Shown one piece after another: positions 22,798 through 35,615 of a DNA stretch of 64,000 nt. The position numbers and the translations under genes are program-made. This DNA comes from Elsinoe ampelina (lineage: Eukaryota), in assembly GCA_010093995.1 (NCBI GenBank), contig ML992510.1, forward strand, positions 199,504 to 263,503, written 5' to 3'. The notes beneath the pieces were generated by a model. It was given only the letters and a program-made list of their open reading frames with translations. It was not told the DNA's origin and searched no databases. The first letter of the stretch is position 1, and every line of letters begins with the position of its first letter.

Positions 22798-23841
22798 ATG
22801 GAGCTTCCAGCGATCGACGCAAGAACCTACGACGTTATCATCGTAGGTGGAGGACCAGCGGGCTTGCAAACAGCCCTGGGGCTAGCTCGACATCTGTGGC
22901 GCATTCTGGTCATCGACTCTGGCTCTTACCGCAATGACGCTACATCGCACATGCACAACGTCCCAGGATGGGATCACGCCAGACCTTCAGACTTCCGCAA
23001 CTCCGTCAGAGACCAAATCCTTGAGCGCTACGACACCGTCGACTTCATCCAAGGGAAATGGGCGACGAAGATGGAGAAGAATGCCGACGGGCTCTTCACC
23101 GCGGCGCTGGACGACGAGACTATGGTCTATGGACGGAAAGTGGTCCTTGCAACTGGCATCAAAGACCTCACTCCACCTATCTCAGGCTACGAAGAGCTCT
23201 GGGGCAAATACATGTAGGTTGTACCGTCCCTCTCCTCGACCTCACTGACAACACAAGCTTCCATTGTCTATTCTGCCACGGCTACGAAGAGCGCGGGGCC
23301 GAGTCCGCAGGTGTGCTTGCCACAGACGGGCTCGGCAACGAGATGCATGCCATGTGGGTCGCTCGATACGCACAGCGACTCGCCGCTCGCATCACTATCC
23401 ACACGAATGGCAATTCAGAACTAGCAGCCGCTCTCGAGAAGCAGGTTACGCCGTCCACCATATCCATCGACAATCGAGAGATCATCCGCTTCAAAAAGCC
23501 AGCCGATAGCGAAGGTGTCATCCTCCACTTCTCAGACGGCACACAGCAGCTACATAGATTCCTCGTACGTACTTACCCAGCCTCCTCCAAAGATACCGCT
23601 GACACCAAATCAGGTACACGGCCCCAAGCGGGCGCTGAAGAGCGACCTCGCCGAGCAACTGGGCATTCAGCTGACGGCGCCAGGGGAGATTCGGTCAATT
23701 TCTCCTTTTCATGAGACGAGTGTCGCTGGCGTTTACGCTGCTGGAGACTGTATGGTGGCTCAAGGGAGTGTGCTGCAGGCGATGTTCAATGCCTCGCTGG
23801 TCACTGCGGGGTTGAGTCAGGAGCTGTGCAGAGATGCATAA
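22798..23841 (+). CDS. GliT-like FAD dithiol/disulfide oxidoreductase (thioredoxin-reductase fold)
   Basis: Exons 22798-23213, 23258-23564, 23614-23841. DVIIVGGGPAG, YRN..SHMHNV, KVVLATG, IFHCLFCHGYE (CxxC) and GVYAAGD. Confidence 0.88.
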
Positions 23842-24186
23842 CAAGATATGATAAGATTGCTGGACTGCATGCAAATTGGCTTGGAGTGTTTATGTGCAGA
23901 GTAGCAGTGCCGGGTCGGCTGTCCAATACCATCGCCGCCGAGATTCTAGCCTCTCCTTTGTTGCCACCTCACTAGACCACGTACTCCTCGGTCCGACTTG
24001 GTGCTATCTGGAATCCATCGTGTTAGTCAGATGATATGGGGATTTCGAACACGCGAATCCCGCATCGTATCCTCCATCCAGCCATCCCTATTGCCCTGAC
24101 CCCCCCTTAACAAAGCGCGCTAGCCCCTGTACCCTCCACCTCAGGCCCCTCCTCGACCTCGCCCGTGACTACCACATCTGCCGATC

Positions 24187-25419
24187 CTATGTGCCCCACT
24201 GTGAGTTGAACGTTCGGGTATCAAGCTCTATACCGTCCTGGCTGGCGGGATCTGTGGCACGTTTGTGCCCCAGATCATTGTGCGTTGAAGCCATGTAGAA
24301 GTGCCCGTTAGTCTCCTTCAATGCCCAATTCGTCTTGAAATGCCTGCCGTGGGGACCACTACCGCAGCTACCAGCTAGGACTCCTGAATATGGGCTATTA
24401 AGCGCCAGAGAGAAGAGATTAGGCGGATCCGTGATATCTGTCACGAAAGCTTTCTGGAAGATGAAGTAGCCTAGTACAAATGCGCTACCGAGGAAGGTAA
24501 GGAGGAGTACGATAAGGAACGCTTTATCGGCTGATGTAATGCCGCCCGAGACGTACTCCCTGGCCTCGATAGAGATATTGAAATATTGAGGTTGGGGTCT
24601 TTCAAACAGGTCTACGTCACTGTAATTCTATCGTAATCAGCTAGGTATGTTTCTCAACAGAGGTATGACGGACCCAGGGAAAAGTGCCAACGGGACTCCC
24701 TCTACTGGAGAGGATTACAGTAGGCCCGGCGAGCACGGCGAGCGTCTCTGGTAATGAAGGACTGCAAGAGCTGAATTGTGGTTCTGTCAAGAGTGACATC
24801 ATCAATCTTCGTGAGATCGCATTATGGTCCTTTGAGAAGAGATTCAAGCCCCAGTCCACCGTCAGATCAGTCCAATTCCAACTTCTAGTCGTGGCGCCGT
24901 GAGGCGCATCGGGTGAGCTCACAAAGTATCGCATTTTATCGGCAACGTCCTCGCAGCGAGCTTCAAGTGTAGGTCCAGAAGTACTGGCAGAGTAATGTGT
25001 AGAGCAATTAGCGCTGAGACTAACGCTCAGTTCGCACACAGCATACGTTCCGCCATACTCGCCTTGCACGCCATCCTCATTCTGACCACTCTGTCCGAGA
25101 ATTAAAAAAATGAATCTCTGCCTTGCGGACTGCGCTCTGCCGAAGATAATGGAGCGTAGCTTGTAGAAACAAGGTAGGCGTCCGGGACTGCCGTAAAGAT
25201 AGGGTGGGCCCTAGCCACACGATTTGGTGTAGCGTATTGGGTACCCCATTCGAAAACGTGGTCTAGACGAGTACGATTCCATCCCAAACTGCGACTGCTA
25301 TCAGGAATTGTCGAATTCGTACTAGCCATAAGCGGCTCAAGATCCGCTTCGTCTGTGGTTTGAGTCTTGAGGGAAGGAGAACGTCGTGGACCCACGACCT
25401 GGGATGGGGTATCGTCCAT
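24187..25419 (-). pseudogene. Probable disrupted or 5'-truncated fungal membrane-protein gene of unknown function
   Basis: Three ORF pieces join through a frameshift in an A7 tract (25104-25110) and an intron 24628-24673. The product has a TM segment (FLIVLLLTFLGSAFVLGYFIF) followed by VTDITDPPNLFSLALNSP..LAGSCGSGP. Confidence 0.55.
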
Positions 25420-25631
25420 ACTGCTATTTCCGAGCTCTCGGAGACAAAGAGCTAGTCAAGGGAACGATTCGCAAGGGCAGTTTCGTAAATTTCGAAGGCT
25501 GCACTTTGTACAGCCTTTGCTGGTACATTCAAAAACTGTACATGGTCTCCGCTTGAAACGAGGAGGACGGGGGGAGAAATCGCGAACGAGAAGTTACAAT
25601 TGTGCTACATCAGGGAACGCCGCTGTACTTT

Positions 25632-25865
25632 TGTTGACTTGTGTGGGGGAGGAAAAAGGATTAATTACTGCCTAAACCACCAAAATGAGGTAGATTGTAA
25701 CTATATAAATACTTAACCTAGTATACTAAAAGATAGCTAAATCAAAAGAACTCCTTAATAGCAATAGATTAAGACAATAACTATCTAATTTAATTATAAA
25801 TTAGTAGAGTAGTAGATAAGTGTTTAGTTCTACTAGGGGATAAACTAAATTAGGGTCCTTCTTAG
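25632..25865. repeat. Copia left LTR (runs into assembly gap)
   Basis: Colinear with 37413-37646; the differences are almost all C/T or G/A. Confidence 0.9.
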
Positions 25866-28070
25866 NNNNNNNNNNNNNNNNNNNNNNNNNNNNNNNNNNN
25901 NNNNNNNNNNNNNNNNNNNNNNNNNNNNNNNNNNNNNNNNNNNNNNNNNNNNNNNNNNNNNNNNNNNNNNNNNNNNNNNNNNNNNNNNNNNNNNNNNNNN
26001 NNNNNNNNNNNNNNNNNNNNNNNNNNNNNNNNNNNNNNNNNNNNNNNNNNNNNNNNNNNNNNNNNNNNNNNNNNNNNNNNNNNNNNNNNNNNNNNNNNNN
26101 NNNNNNNNNNNNNNNNNNNNNNNNNNNNNNNNNNNNNNNNNNNNNNNNNNNNNNNNNNNNNNNNNNNNNNNNNNNNNNNNNNNNNNNNNNNNNNNNNNNN
26201 NNNNNNNNNNNNNNNNNNNNNNNNNNNNNNNNNNNNNNNNNNNNNNNNNNNNNNNNNNNNNNNNNNNNNNNNNNNNNNNNNNNNNNNNNNNNNNNNNNNN
26301 NNNNNNNNNNNNNNNNNNNNNNNNNNNNNNNNNNNNNNNNNNNNNNNNNNNNNNNNNNNNNNNNNNNNNNNNNNNNNNNNNNNNNNNNNNNNNNNNNNNN
26401 NNNNNNNNNNNNNNNNNNNNNNNNNNNNNNNNNNNNNNNNNNNNNNNNNNNNNNNNNNNNNNNNNNNNNNNNNNNNNNNNNNNNNNNNNNNNNNNNNNNN
26501 NNNNNNNNNNNNNNNNNNNNNNNNNNNNNNNNNNNNNNNNNNNNNNNNNNNNNNNNNNNNNNNNNNNNNNNNNNNNNNNNNNNNNNNNNNNNNNNNNNNN
26601 NNNNNNNNNNNNNNNNNNNNNNNNNNNNNNNNNNNNNNNNNNNNNNNNNNNNNNNNNNNNNNNNNNNNNNNNNNNNNNNNNNNNNNNNNNNNNNNNNNNN
26701 NNNNNNNNNNNNNNNNNNNNNNNNNNNNNNNNNNNNNNNNNNNNNNNNNNNNNNNNNNNNNNNNNNNNNNNNNNNNNNAGTCTCTTTATTAGTCTATCCC
26801 TTATAACTTAGATAGCTAGAAACTAGCTTAGATCTTTAAGCACCTTTATCTTATATTTAGTATAGAGAGCTATAATAATAATATTAGCTTTCTCCTTATA
26901 CTTTTTAAGATATATAATAGTAATATTATCTACAAAGAAGAAGATTATTACTTTAAGTATTATCTAAAAATATAGAGCCTTAGGAGCTTAAGTAAATCTA
27001 ATACTCTTTAGAGTAGTAGTAAATTTAGTATACTAGAGAGCTAGAGCTTACTTTAGGCTATATAGTACCTTATTAAGTAATAGAATTACCTCTAATAGAG
27101 TAATACTAGGATAGTCCTTTATAAGATCCTCTACTACTAGCTTAAATCTAGTAGAGATAGTATAGTAGGTAGTCTTATTAATAGAACTATTAATATAAGT
27201 ATTAATAATATTTATCTAAATAGCCTTTATATCTTTATAAGTAAGTAATACTATAAGTATTTTAAAGATCTTAGCTACTAGAGTTACTATATAAGTCTTA
27301 GATTCTATTAATTAGAGATTACTACTTATATAGACTCTTACTTTATACTTTATAACCTCTCCTTTATTATTAACTTTATAAGTAAATACCTATATTAAAG
27401 AGATAGGCTTACTAGTAGCTTAAGCTACTAGTATAATAGTCTATATATATTTTAAGTATAAAGTAAGTAATTTAGCCTTTATAGCCTCTTAAAATTGCTT
27501 CTTATAAGGATAAGCTTTAAGTTCTTTAATATTAGCTAGTAGTAGTAGAAGATTATCTCTTAATTCTAGCTTAGGCTAAGTTAGTGTTATTAATAGATAA
27601 GTATTAAAGGCTTAGTAATATCTAGGAGCTTTATTAGTTTATATAAGAGTAGTAATATATACTTACCTTCTTAGTTTTCTTATTCTCTTTATTATAAAGA
27701 TATATTTAGGAAGAAGATTAGCTAACCTTATAGTAATTCTTTAAGGGAGTTACTTAGGCTAAGCTTTAACTACCCCTTTAGTCTAAACTTCTATCTTATC
27801 TCCTTTAGCTTTATCTCCTTCTAATAGTAGAGAAGATAGCTATACTACTATAGATAGTAGTAAAGCTAGAGTATTAAAGAACTATTTATTTAGTAAAGAT
27901 TCCTAGATCTAAGCTAGGTTTAGATCTAAAATAGCCTTATCTAATTAGTCTAATAAAGGTAGTAACTAATCTAGTATAATAGGGTAACTCTTATCTAGCT
28001 ACTAAGATAGGCTTAGCTCTTAATCTAGATTACTCTAACTTAGAGTCTAAGATAGTATCTAGTTTAGCTA

Positions 28071-28274
28071 CTAAACTAGATTCTAAACTAGATTCTAAAC
28101 TAGATACTAAACTAGATTCTAAACTAGATTCTAAACTAGATTCTAAACTAGATACTAAACTAGATTCTAAACTAGATACTAAACTAGATTCTAAACTAGA
28201 TACTAAACTAGATACTAAACTAGATTCTAAACTAGATACTAAACTAGATACTAAACTAGATTCTAAACTAGATT
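28071..28274. repeat. 12-bp tandem repeat (CTAAACTAGATW) x ~17 inside the copia pol region
   Basis: Directly visible; two unit variants ending TT or TA. Confidence 0.95.
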
Positions 28275-30322
28275 TAGTTTAGTTATTCTCTCTACTTTAT
28301 ATACCNNNNNNNNNNNNNNNNNNNNNNNNNNNNNNNNNNNNNNNNNNNNNNNNNNNNNNNNNNNNNNNNNNNNNNNNNNNNNNNNNNNNNNNNNNNNNNN
28401 NNNNNNNNNNNNNNNNNNNNNNNNNNNNNNNNNNNNNNNNNNNNNNNNNNNNNNNNNNNNNNNNNNNNNNNNNNNNNNNNNNNNNNNNNNNNNNNNNNNN
28501 NNNNNNNNNNNNNNNNNNNNNNNNNNNNNNNNNNNNNNNNNNNNNNNNNNNNNNNNNNNNNNNNNNNNNNNNNNNNNNNNNNNNNNNNNNNNNNNNNNNN
28601 NNNNNNNNNNNNNNNNNNNNNNNNNNNNNNNNNNNNNNNNNNNNNNNNAGTAGATAGCTTATAATAAATTCCTTTACTATCTAGGAAGATAGTAAATTTA
28701 AGGCTAAAGGCTCTCTTATTATTACTCCTAAGGAATCTAATTTTAAAACTAAAATTGCTTTTAATATAAGTAATTATCTTAATATAGATTTTATTAATCT
28801 TATATCTATAAGTATAAGTAGTAACTAGTTAATAGTTAGTAGTCCTATAAGNNNNNNNNNNNNNNNNNNNNNNNNNNNNNNNNNNNNNNNNNNNNNNNNN
28901 NNNNNNNNNNNNNNNNNNNNNNNNNNNNNNNNNNNNNNNNNNNNNNNNNNNNNNNNNNNNNNNNNNNNNNNNNNNNNNNNNNNNNNNNNNNNNNNNNNNN
29001 NNNNNNNNNNNNNNNNNNNNNNNNNNNNNNNNNNNNNNNNNNNNNNNNNNNNNNNNNNNNNNNNNNNNNNNNNNNNNNNNNNNNNNNNNNNNNNNNNNNN
29101 NNNNNNNNNNNNNNNNNNNNNNNNNNNNNNNNNNNNNNNNNNNNNNNNNNNNNNNNNNNNNNNNNNNNNNNNNNNNNNNNNNNNNNNNNNNNNNNNNNNN
29201 NNNNNNNNNNNNNNNNNNNNNNNNNNNNNNNNNNNNNNNNNNNNNNNNNNNNNNNNNNNNNNNNNNNNNNNNNNNNNNNNNNNNNNNNNNNNNNNNNNNN
29301 NNNNNNNNNNNNNNNNNNNNNNNNNNNNNNNNNNNNNNNNNNNNNNNNNNNNNNNNNNNNNNNNNNNNNNNNNNNNNNNNNNNNNNNNNNNNNNNNNNNN
29401 NNNNNNNNNNNNNNNNNNNNNNNNNNNNNNNNNNNNNNNNNNNNNNNNNNNNNNNNNNNNNNNNNNNNNNNNNNNNNNNNNNNNNNNNNNNNNNNNNNNN
29501 NNNNNNNNNNNNNNNNNNNNNNNNNNATATTACTAGTAGCTAAAATAAATACTAAGTATAATCTAATAGTAATAGCTATATTAATTAATACTAGTAGAGT
29601 TAACCCCTTCTAATGTTATACTTCCTTAGTAATAGAAGTCTTAATTTTCTCTTTAAGAGTCTTATTATTTAGCCTTTGTTTAACCTCCTTTATAGTCTAC
29701 TAGTTTAGTATCTATCCTTCTAGCCTTAGATACTTATTTAAGTAATAGTACTTAATCTACTTATACTAGCCTTAGTATATATATTTAGGCTCCCTAGAGG
29801 GACTAGGTTTCTTATAAAGAATATTCTTAGTAGCTATAGAGAAGGCTATAGCCCCCTTACTAGCCTTTATAGTACTATATAGCTTATAGAGTTTATAAAA
29901 CTGTCTAAACTTAGTAATTAGTTTAAGCATAGTTAGTAGAGTTAGTAAATTTAGATTAATAAGGTACTTATTAGTAAATACTAGTTTAGTCTTTAAGATA
30001 GAAAGTAAAAAGTCTCTCTATAGCCTTAAGCCTTAAGCTTCTAGTAGATTATAGTTCCTAGCCTTATCTATAACCTCTTTCTATTACTAAAGCTAATAGT
30101 CTATATTCTATAAGGAAGAACTAGATAGCTACTTTCTCTAAAGTGCTTTAACCTTAAGCTAAATAGCTATATTAGATAGAGCAAATCTGTTCTTTAAGAC
30201 TCGAAGAATAGCCTAGAGATAAGAATCCCCCTCTAGTTAGATAATAGTAAGAACTTATAGTATAATTAATAACTAAATAAGGCTAGCTAAATTAGCTAAG
30301 GTCTTATACTATTTATTATATT

Positions 30323-30509
30323 TATAAGGGCCTAGTATTAGGGCGGCACTTAGTAGCGGCTAGTCCTACTTACGTGATATACCTACTTATCTTACGTAGC
30401 GCTTACGCCTTAGACTTAATAGCAATTAGTTCTACTACTAACGGACTATTTAGTTAGATAGGCGTTCTCTATATTATAATATATATAGCTTTAATATAAG
30501 GCTTTAATA
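30323..30509 (+). repeat. Gypsy 5' LTR
   Basis: Direct repeat of 36826-37012. Confidence 0.92.
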
Positions 30510-33500
30510 GTTCTAATTACTCCCCTATAGTTATAATCTATTAGACCTTATAGACAACTAGAACTCTATTAGTAAGGCGCTAGCGCCTTACGTAATCGAT
30601 GTTATAGAGATAGACTCTATTAAGTAGACTCCCCTAGAGAAAGAAGAGACCCTTACGGAGTAGCTACTATACCTACGCACTAAGTATAAGTATTTAGAGC
30701 TAAAGCTCGAGGCTTAGAGCCTCGAGAAAGAGATTAAGTAAATATACTATGTACGTAATATAGGATACTACTAAGGAGGCTTCGACTATAGCTTATATAC
30801 TTCTACCGAGCCTATAGTAAGTAATACTAGTACGTAGAGCATACGTAGCGGTAGTAGACTATTTATAAGGCTATTCTCTAAATAATCTTAACTAAGGGAA
30901 CTCTATCTCTACTAGAGTAAGACTCTAAAAGAGGTAAGATTCTTCCTAAAGAATCTCGAGGTTATCTTTGCTCTAGCCTTTAAGGCTTATTCTACCGACT
31001 AGTAGAAGGTGCTCTATAGAGTTATATTTCTTATAGGTAAGCTAGATAAGATATAGTATTACTACTACTACGTAGATAGCCTAGAAGGCTATATATAGAA
31101 GTAATTCTACTAGTTCGTGTAGAATGTAGTTAATAACTCTATTAATTATAGAGTGCGCGTAACTCTCGTATATAAAGGAGCCTAATAACGTAAGGGCTAA
31201 TCTATCTAGGCCTTCGCCTCGGAACTTACTACCCTTAAGAAGTAACTAGCTTTCTACTCCAAAGAGTAGAGAGTATACTATCTCCTTACTAAGCTATAGC
31301 CTACGCTACGTATAACTATTATTAAATACTATACTATTCTAGCTACGCGCTAGGAGTTAGTCTCTTTAGGCTTATATATTAAGTCTATAGACTATACTAG
31401 TAGTAAGTGCACTATATAGAAAGATAAAAGTAACTACCTACGTAAGTATAGTAGTTATAGTAGCCCTTAAGGAGAATACTACTACTAGTCTAGTAGTAGC
31501 TCTTAAGCTCGCTATAAGCGCGAAGCTACTAACTTACCTATTAAATAGTTTAGTAGTTAGGGAGATTTCTCCGACAAGTAGAAGAGAGACACTAAGTGCT
31601 ATAGTTATAGTAAAACTAGTTATATTAAGCTAGAGTATAGGTCGAAGCACCTATAGAAGAATAGTAAGTCTTAGGCAATATATAAGGTTACTACTATAGA
31701 CAAGTCTAATAACTCTAAGTTAGGAAACTTTAAGAGCTTAGCTAAAGAGCGTAACTAAGCTCTTCTCCCTTTCTAATTAACGCTTATCTATTGCTACTCT
31801 ATTATAGCGCTATTATAGCGCCTACAGGGCGTAAAGACTATACATTTCTTATAGACAATTATATAGAAGTTAATCTTATATCTTAGGTATTTACTCTTCG
31901 TTATAATCTACTAAGGGTTAAGTATACTTAGTATTTAAGTATATCTTCCTTTATAGGGCAAGCCGGATTCTACTATAGTATATACTATCTTTGTATATGT
32001 CTAGTAGACTTCTATAGCGACCTTAGGGAGACAATTAGCCTCTTCTACGCTATAGACTTAGGACTAGGCTCTCTAGTTATTTTAGAGTACCTATAGCGGA
32101 GAAGATAATATATAATTATAGATAGCACTATAGATAACTAGTTATATAGCTACTTCTTATATATAGTTCACCTACGCGAACTAGAAGACTTTATAAAGGA
32201 CCTCTAGAATAAGCTAAAGATATATACTATAGTATAAACTCCGTCTAAGGACTATACTTATACTATAGACGACCTAGCTCTACTATTAGAGTTCGTAGAG
32301 TTCTTTAATATCTTTATCTATAAGAATATTATAAATCTACTATACCTACTAGGCGCTAAGTATATAATTAAGCTAGAGCTAGGTAGAAGGCCTCTATTCT
32401 AGCCCTTATATAATCTTTCAGTTAAGAAGCTTAAAGTACTTAAGGACTATCTCGAGACTACTTAATTAAATAGGTAAATTAAGTACTCTATAAGCGAGGT
32501 AGGTACTTCTATTCTATTCGTGCCTAAGAAAGACAGTAGTCTACGCTTATATATAGATTATTAGGGCTTAAACGAGGTAACTATTAAGAATTACTACTTG
32601 CTCCTACTTATTAGCGAGACGCTTAATTAGCTTAGGTAAGCCTAGTAGTTTTCAAAGTTAGATCTAAAGGATGTCTACTATAGGATCTCTATTAAGTATA
32701 GTAACGAGTAGAAGACTATGTTCTATATATACTATAGCTATTTTAAGTACTTAGTTATGCCTTTTAGATTAACTAATGCCCTAGCTACCTTCTAAGTGTA
32801 TATTAATAAGGCGCTAGGTAGGCTAGTTAATACTATCTATATTGTCTACCTTAATAATATTCTTATCTATAGCAATTTAAGGGAGAACTATATATATTAT
32901 ATTTATAAGATCCTAGCGAGGCTATAGAAGTTTACTTTATATATTAACCTTAAGAAATATAAATTCTTTACTAAGGAGGTAGAATTTCTTAGCTATATTA
33001 TCTCTACTATAGGCATCTCGATAGATCCTAGTAGAGTAACTATAATTAAGAATTAGCTAAGGCCGAAGAGTTATTATAAGGTCTAGTAGTTTACTAGCTT
33101 TATAAACTTCTATCGTTACTTCGTATAGTACTACTTTAAGATTATTACCTCTCTCTCTAGCCTCCTTAAAGGCTTAGTTAAAAGTTATAAGTATAGCTCT
33201 TTCGTGTAGGGTATAAGCGAATAGTAGACATTTAAGGACATTAGGGACGTATTTATACGTACCTCTATCCTTCGCTACTATAATTCTACGCTGCCCCTAC
33301 GTATTAAAAGTAATACGTTAAAGTTTATAGTAGTAGCAATTCTATCCTAACTATTCGATAGTACTTAGCACCTAATAGCCTTTTAGTTAAGGAAGTTTAT
33401 TCTAGCTAAGTATAATTATAAGACGCATAACTAAGAGCTATTAGCGATTGTATATATATTTAAGCAATAGCGATACTACCTCGAAGATACCTTATATATA

Positions 33501-35615
33501 ATTTAAGTACTTACTAACTATAACAATCTCTAAGGATTTATAAAGCTAAAATAGCTAAACGGCTAATAAGCTTACTAGGCTACCTTTCTTGCTACTTTTG
33601 ACTTTATAATAGAGTATTAGCTAGGCATAAGGAACCTAGCTAATACACTCTCGAGGCGCCCTAACTACATAGTAGAAGAGTAAGAGGTATTATACCTCCT
33701 TTCTACTCTTTAGAATAAGCTTCGTATATAGGACTAGACTACTAACATTAAGGAAGCTACTTCGCTTGTTAGATGTATCTACGCTATATATAAGACTACT
33801 CTAGGACAGGCCTAGGCTACCTATACGCTATATAGTAGTAACTTCTCTTCTAAGAACTTCTAGAGGCTTATAACGACCTAGCGAGTTATAGTTATAGCAA
33901 CTACAAGAGAGAATCTCTTTAAAGATCTATCTACTAACCTAATATTAGTAGTAGAGCTACTATAAGGATAAGACCCTAAGATTATAAAGCTACATTCGTA
34001 AGTAAGGAGTAGTAGAGACAAGAGTAAAGTACTATAGAATATATAAGATAATTTTCTCTTCTATAAAGAGTTACTAGTTATTCTAAATAATAGCGCGCTT
34101 AAGGTATAGGTACTATATATACACTATAATAGCGAATAGGCTAGTTACTTTAGTAAGGATAAGACACTTAAACTTCTCTTATAAAAGTACTTCTAGGCAA
34201 CTATAAGAAAAGACATTAATAACTATATATAGTTATACTAAGTATGCTAGAAATATAAGGCACACCGCTATTGCCTCTATAGCGAGCTACGTACGCTACT
34301 AATACTAGACTACCTATAGTAAGAAATTATAATAGATTTTATTACTAACCTACTACTAAGTAAGTAAGGTAGTAGCGTCTATAATATAGTACTAGTAATT
34401 ATAAACTATTACACTAAGATATTACTATATGTCCCTACTACTAAGAAGTGTATATCTATAGAGCTAGTAAAGATCCTACGTAACTACGTTATTTGCTATT
34501 ATAGTGTCCTAAGAGAGATAGTAAGTAATTAAGAATCGGTCTTTACTAGCTAGTTCTAGAGTAAATTCTGTTACAAAACGCGTGTAAAGCGTAGGCTTAG
34601 TATAGCCTTTTACCTATAGATAGACAGTTAAACTAAGTAGTAAAACTAGACATTAGAATAGTACCTAAGGTACTACTATATAGAGCTATAGAATAACTAG
34701 GCTAAATGTCTATTATAAGTGGAATTTGTAAGTAATAATAGCATTTATACTACGCTACGTATAAGCCTCTTCTAAATAATATATAGCTACTATCTAGAGT
34801 TAGAGGTAATAGCTATTAAGTCTTAGGACAAGACTTTAGAGAGAAGAGTACTAGTAGTAGTAGAGTTAGTATAACACTTACGAGATATATATACGAAGCT
34901 AGTAGAGTAATAGAAAGAGGCTTCTACCTACTAGGCTAAGTACTATAATAGGAAGTATACGCTAAGGGTATATAGTATAGGTAACTTAGTACTACTCTCG
35001 GCTAAGAACTTATAGCTACCTATACTAAAGAAGAAGATAGAACTACAATTCCTTAGCTTATTTTACATACTTAATATAATTAGATTATAGGCGTATCGCC
35101 TAGCTTTACTAAGTTAGTATTATATCTATAATATCTTTTATATATCTCTTTTTAAACTATAGATAGGTAGAGCTAGTAAGAAGCTAGAAGAGAGTATACC
35201 TCTCGCTAACGAAGTAGATAAGTAGATAGTAGAGAAGATCCTAGGTAAGAGAACTACGAAGAGTAAGGTATTCTACTTAGTAAAGTAGAAGAACTAGTCT
35301 ATCGAGTTTAATAGCTAGGAACCTAAAGAGAATTATATAAATATAAGAGAGCTAATTACTATATATAAGTTATAGCTAAGAGTAGCTAAGAAAGGTTACT
35401 AAAGGTGCGAATTATAGAGCATATAAGTAGACAGATTATATAAACATATAAATAGGGCAAAGAGTAGACTCCTTATCTAGGGAAATATATTTTAATAAAG
35501 CGCTATACTTACGCTACTATTACAGGTATTAACCTAAACTCTATACTCTATTATACTCTATATAAGGCCTTATTATAGGTATAGCGCTAGAGATATATAC
35601 TTAGCTTATATATGC

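Noticed and set aside
7523..23841. Secondary-metabolite biosynthetic cluster
   Set aside because: Tailoring-type enzymes only; no PKS, NRPS, DMATS or terpene synthase in the window.
28071..28274. Regular repeat as a CRISPR array or telomere
   Set aside because: No spacers, eukaryotic context, not TTAGGG; a simple minisatellite inside a retroelement.
25866..29526. N runs at 25866-26778, 28306-28648 and 28852-29526
   Set aside because: Assembly gaps; they only make the copia length approximate.
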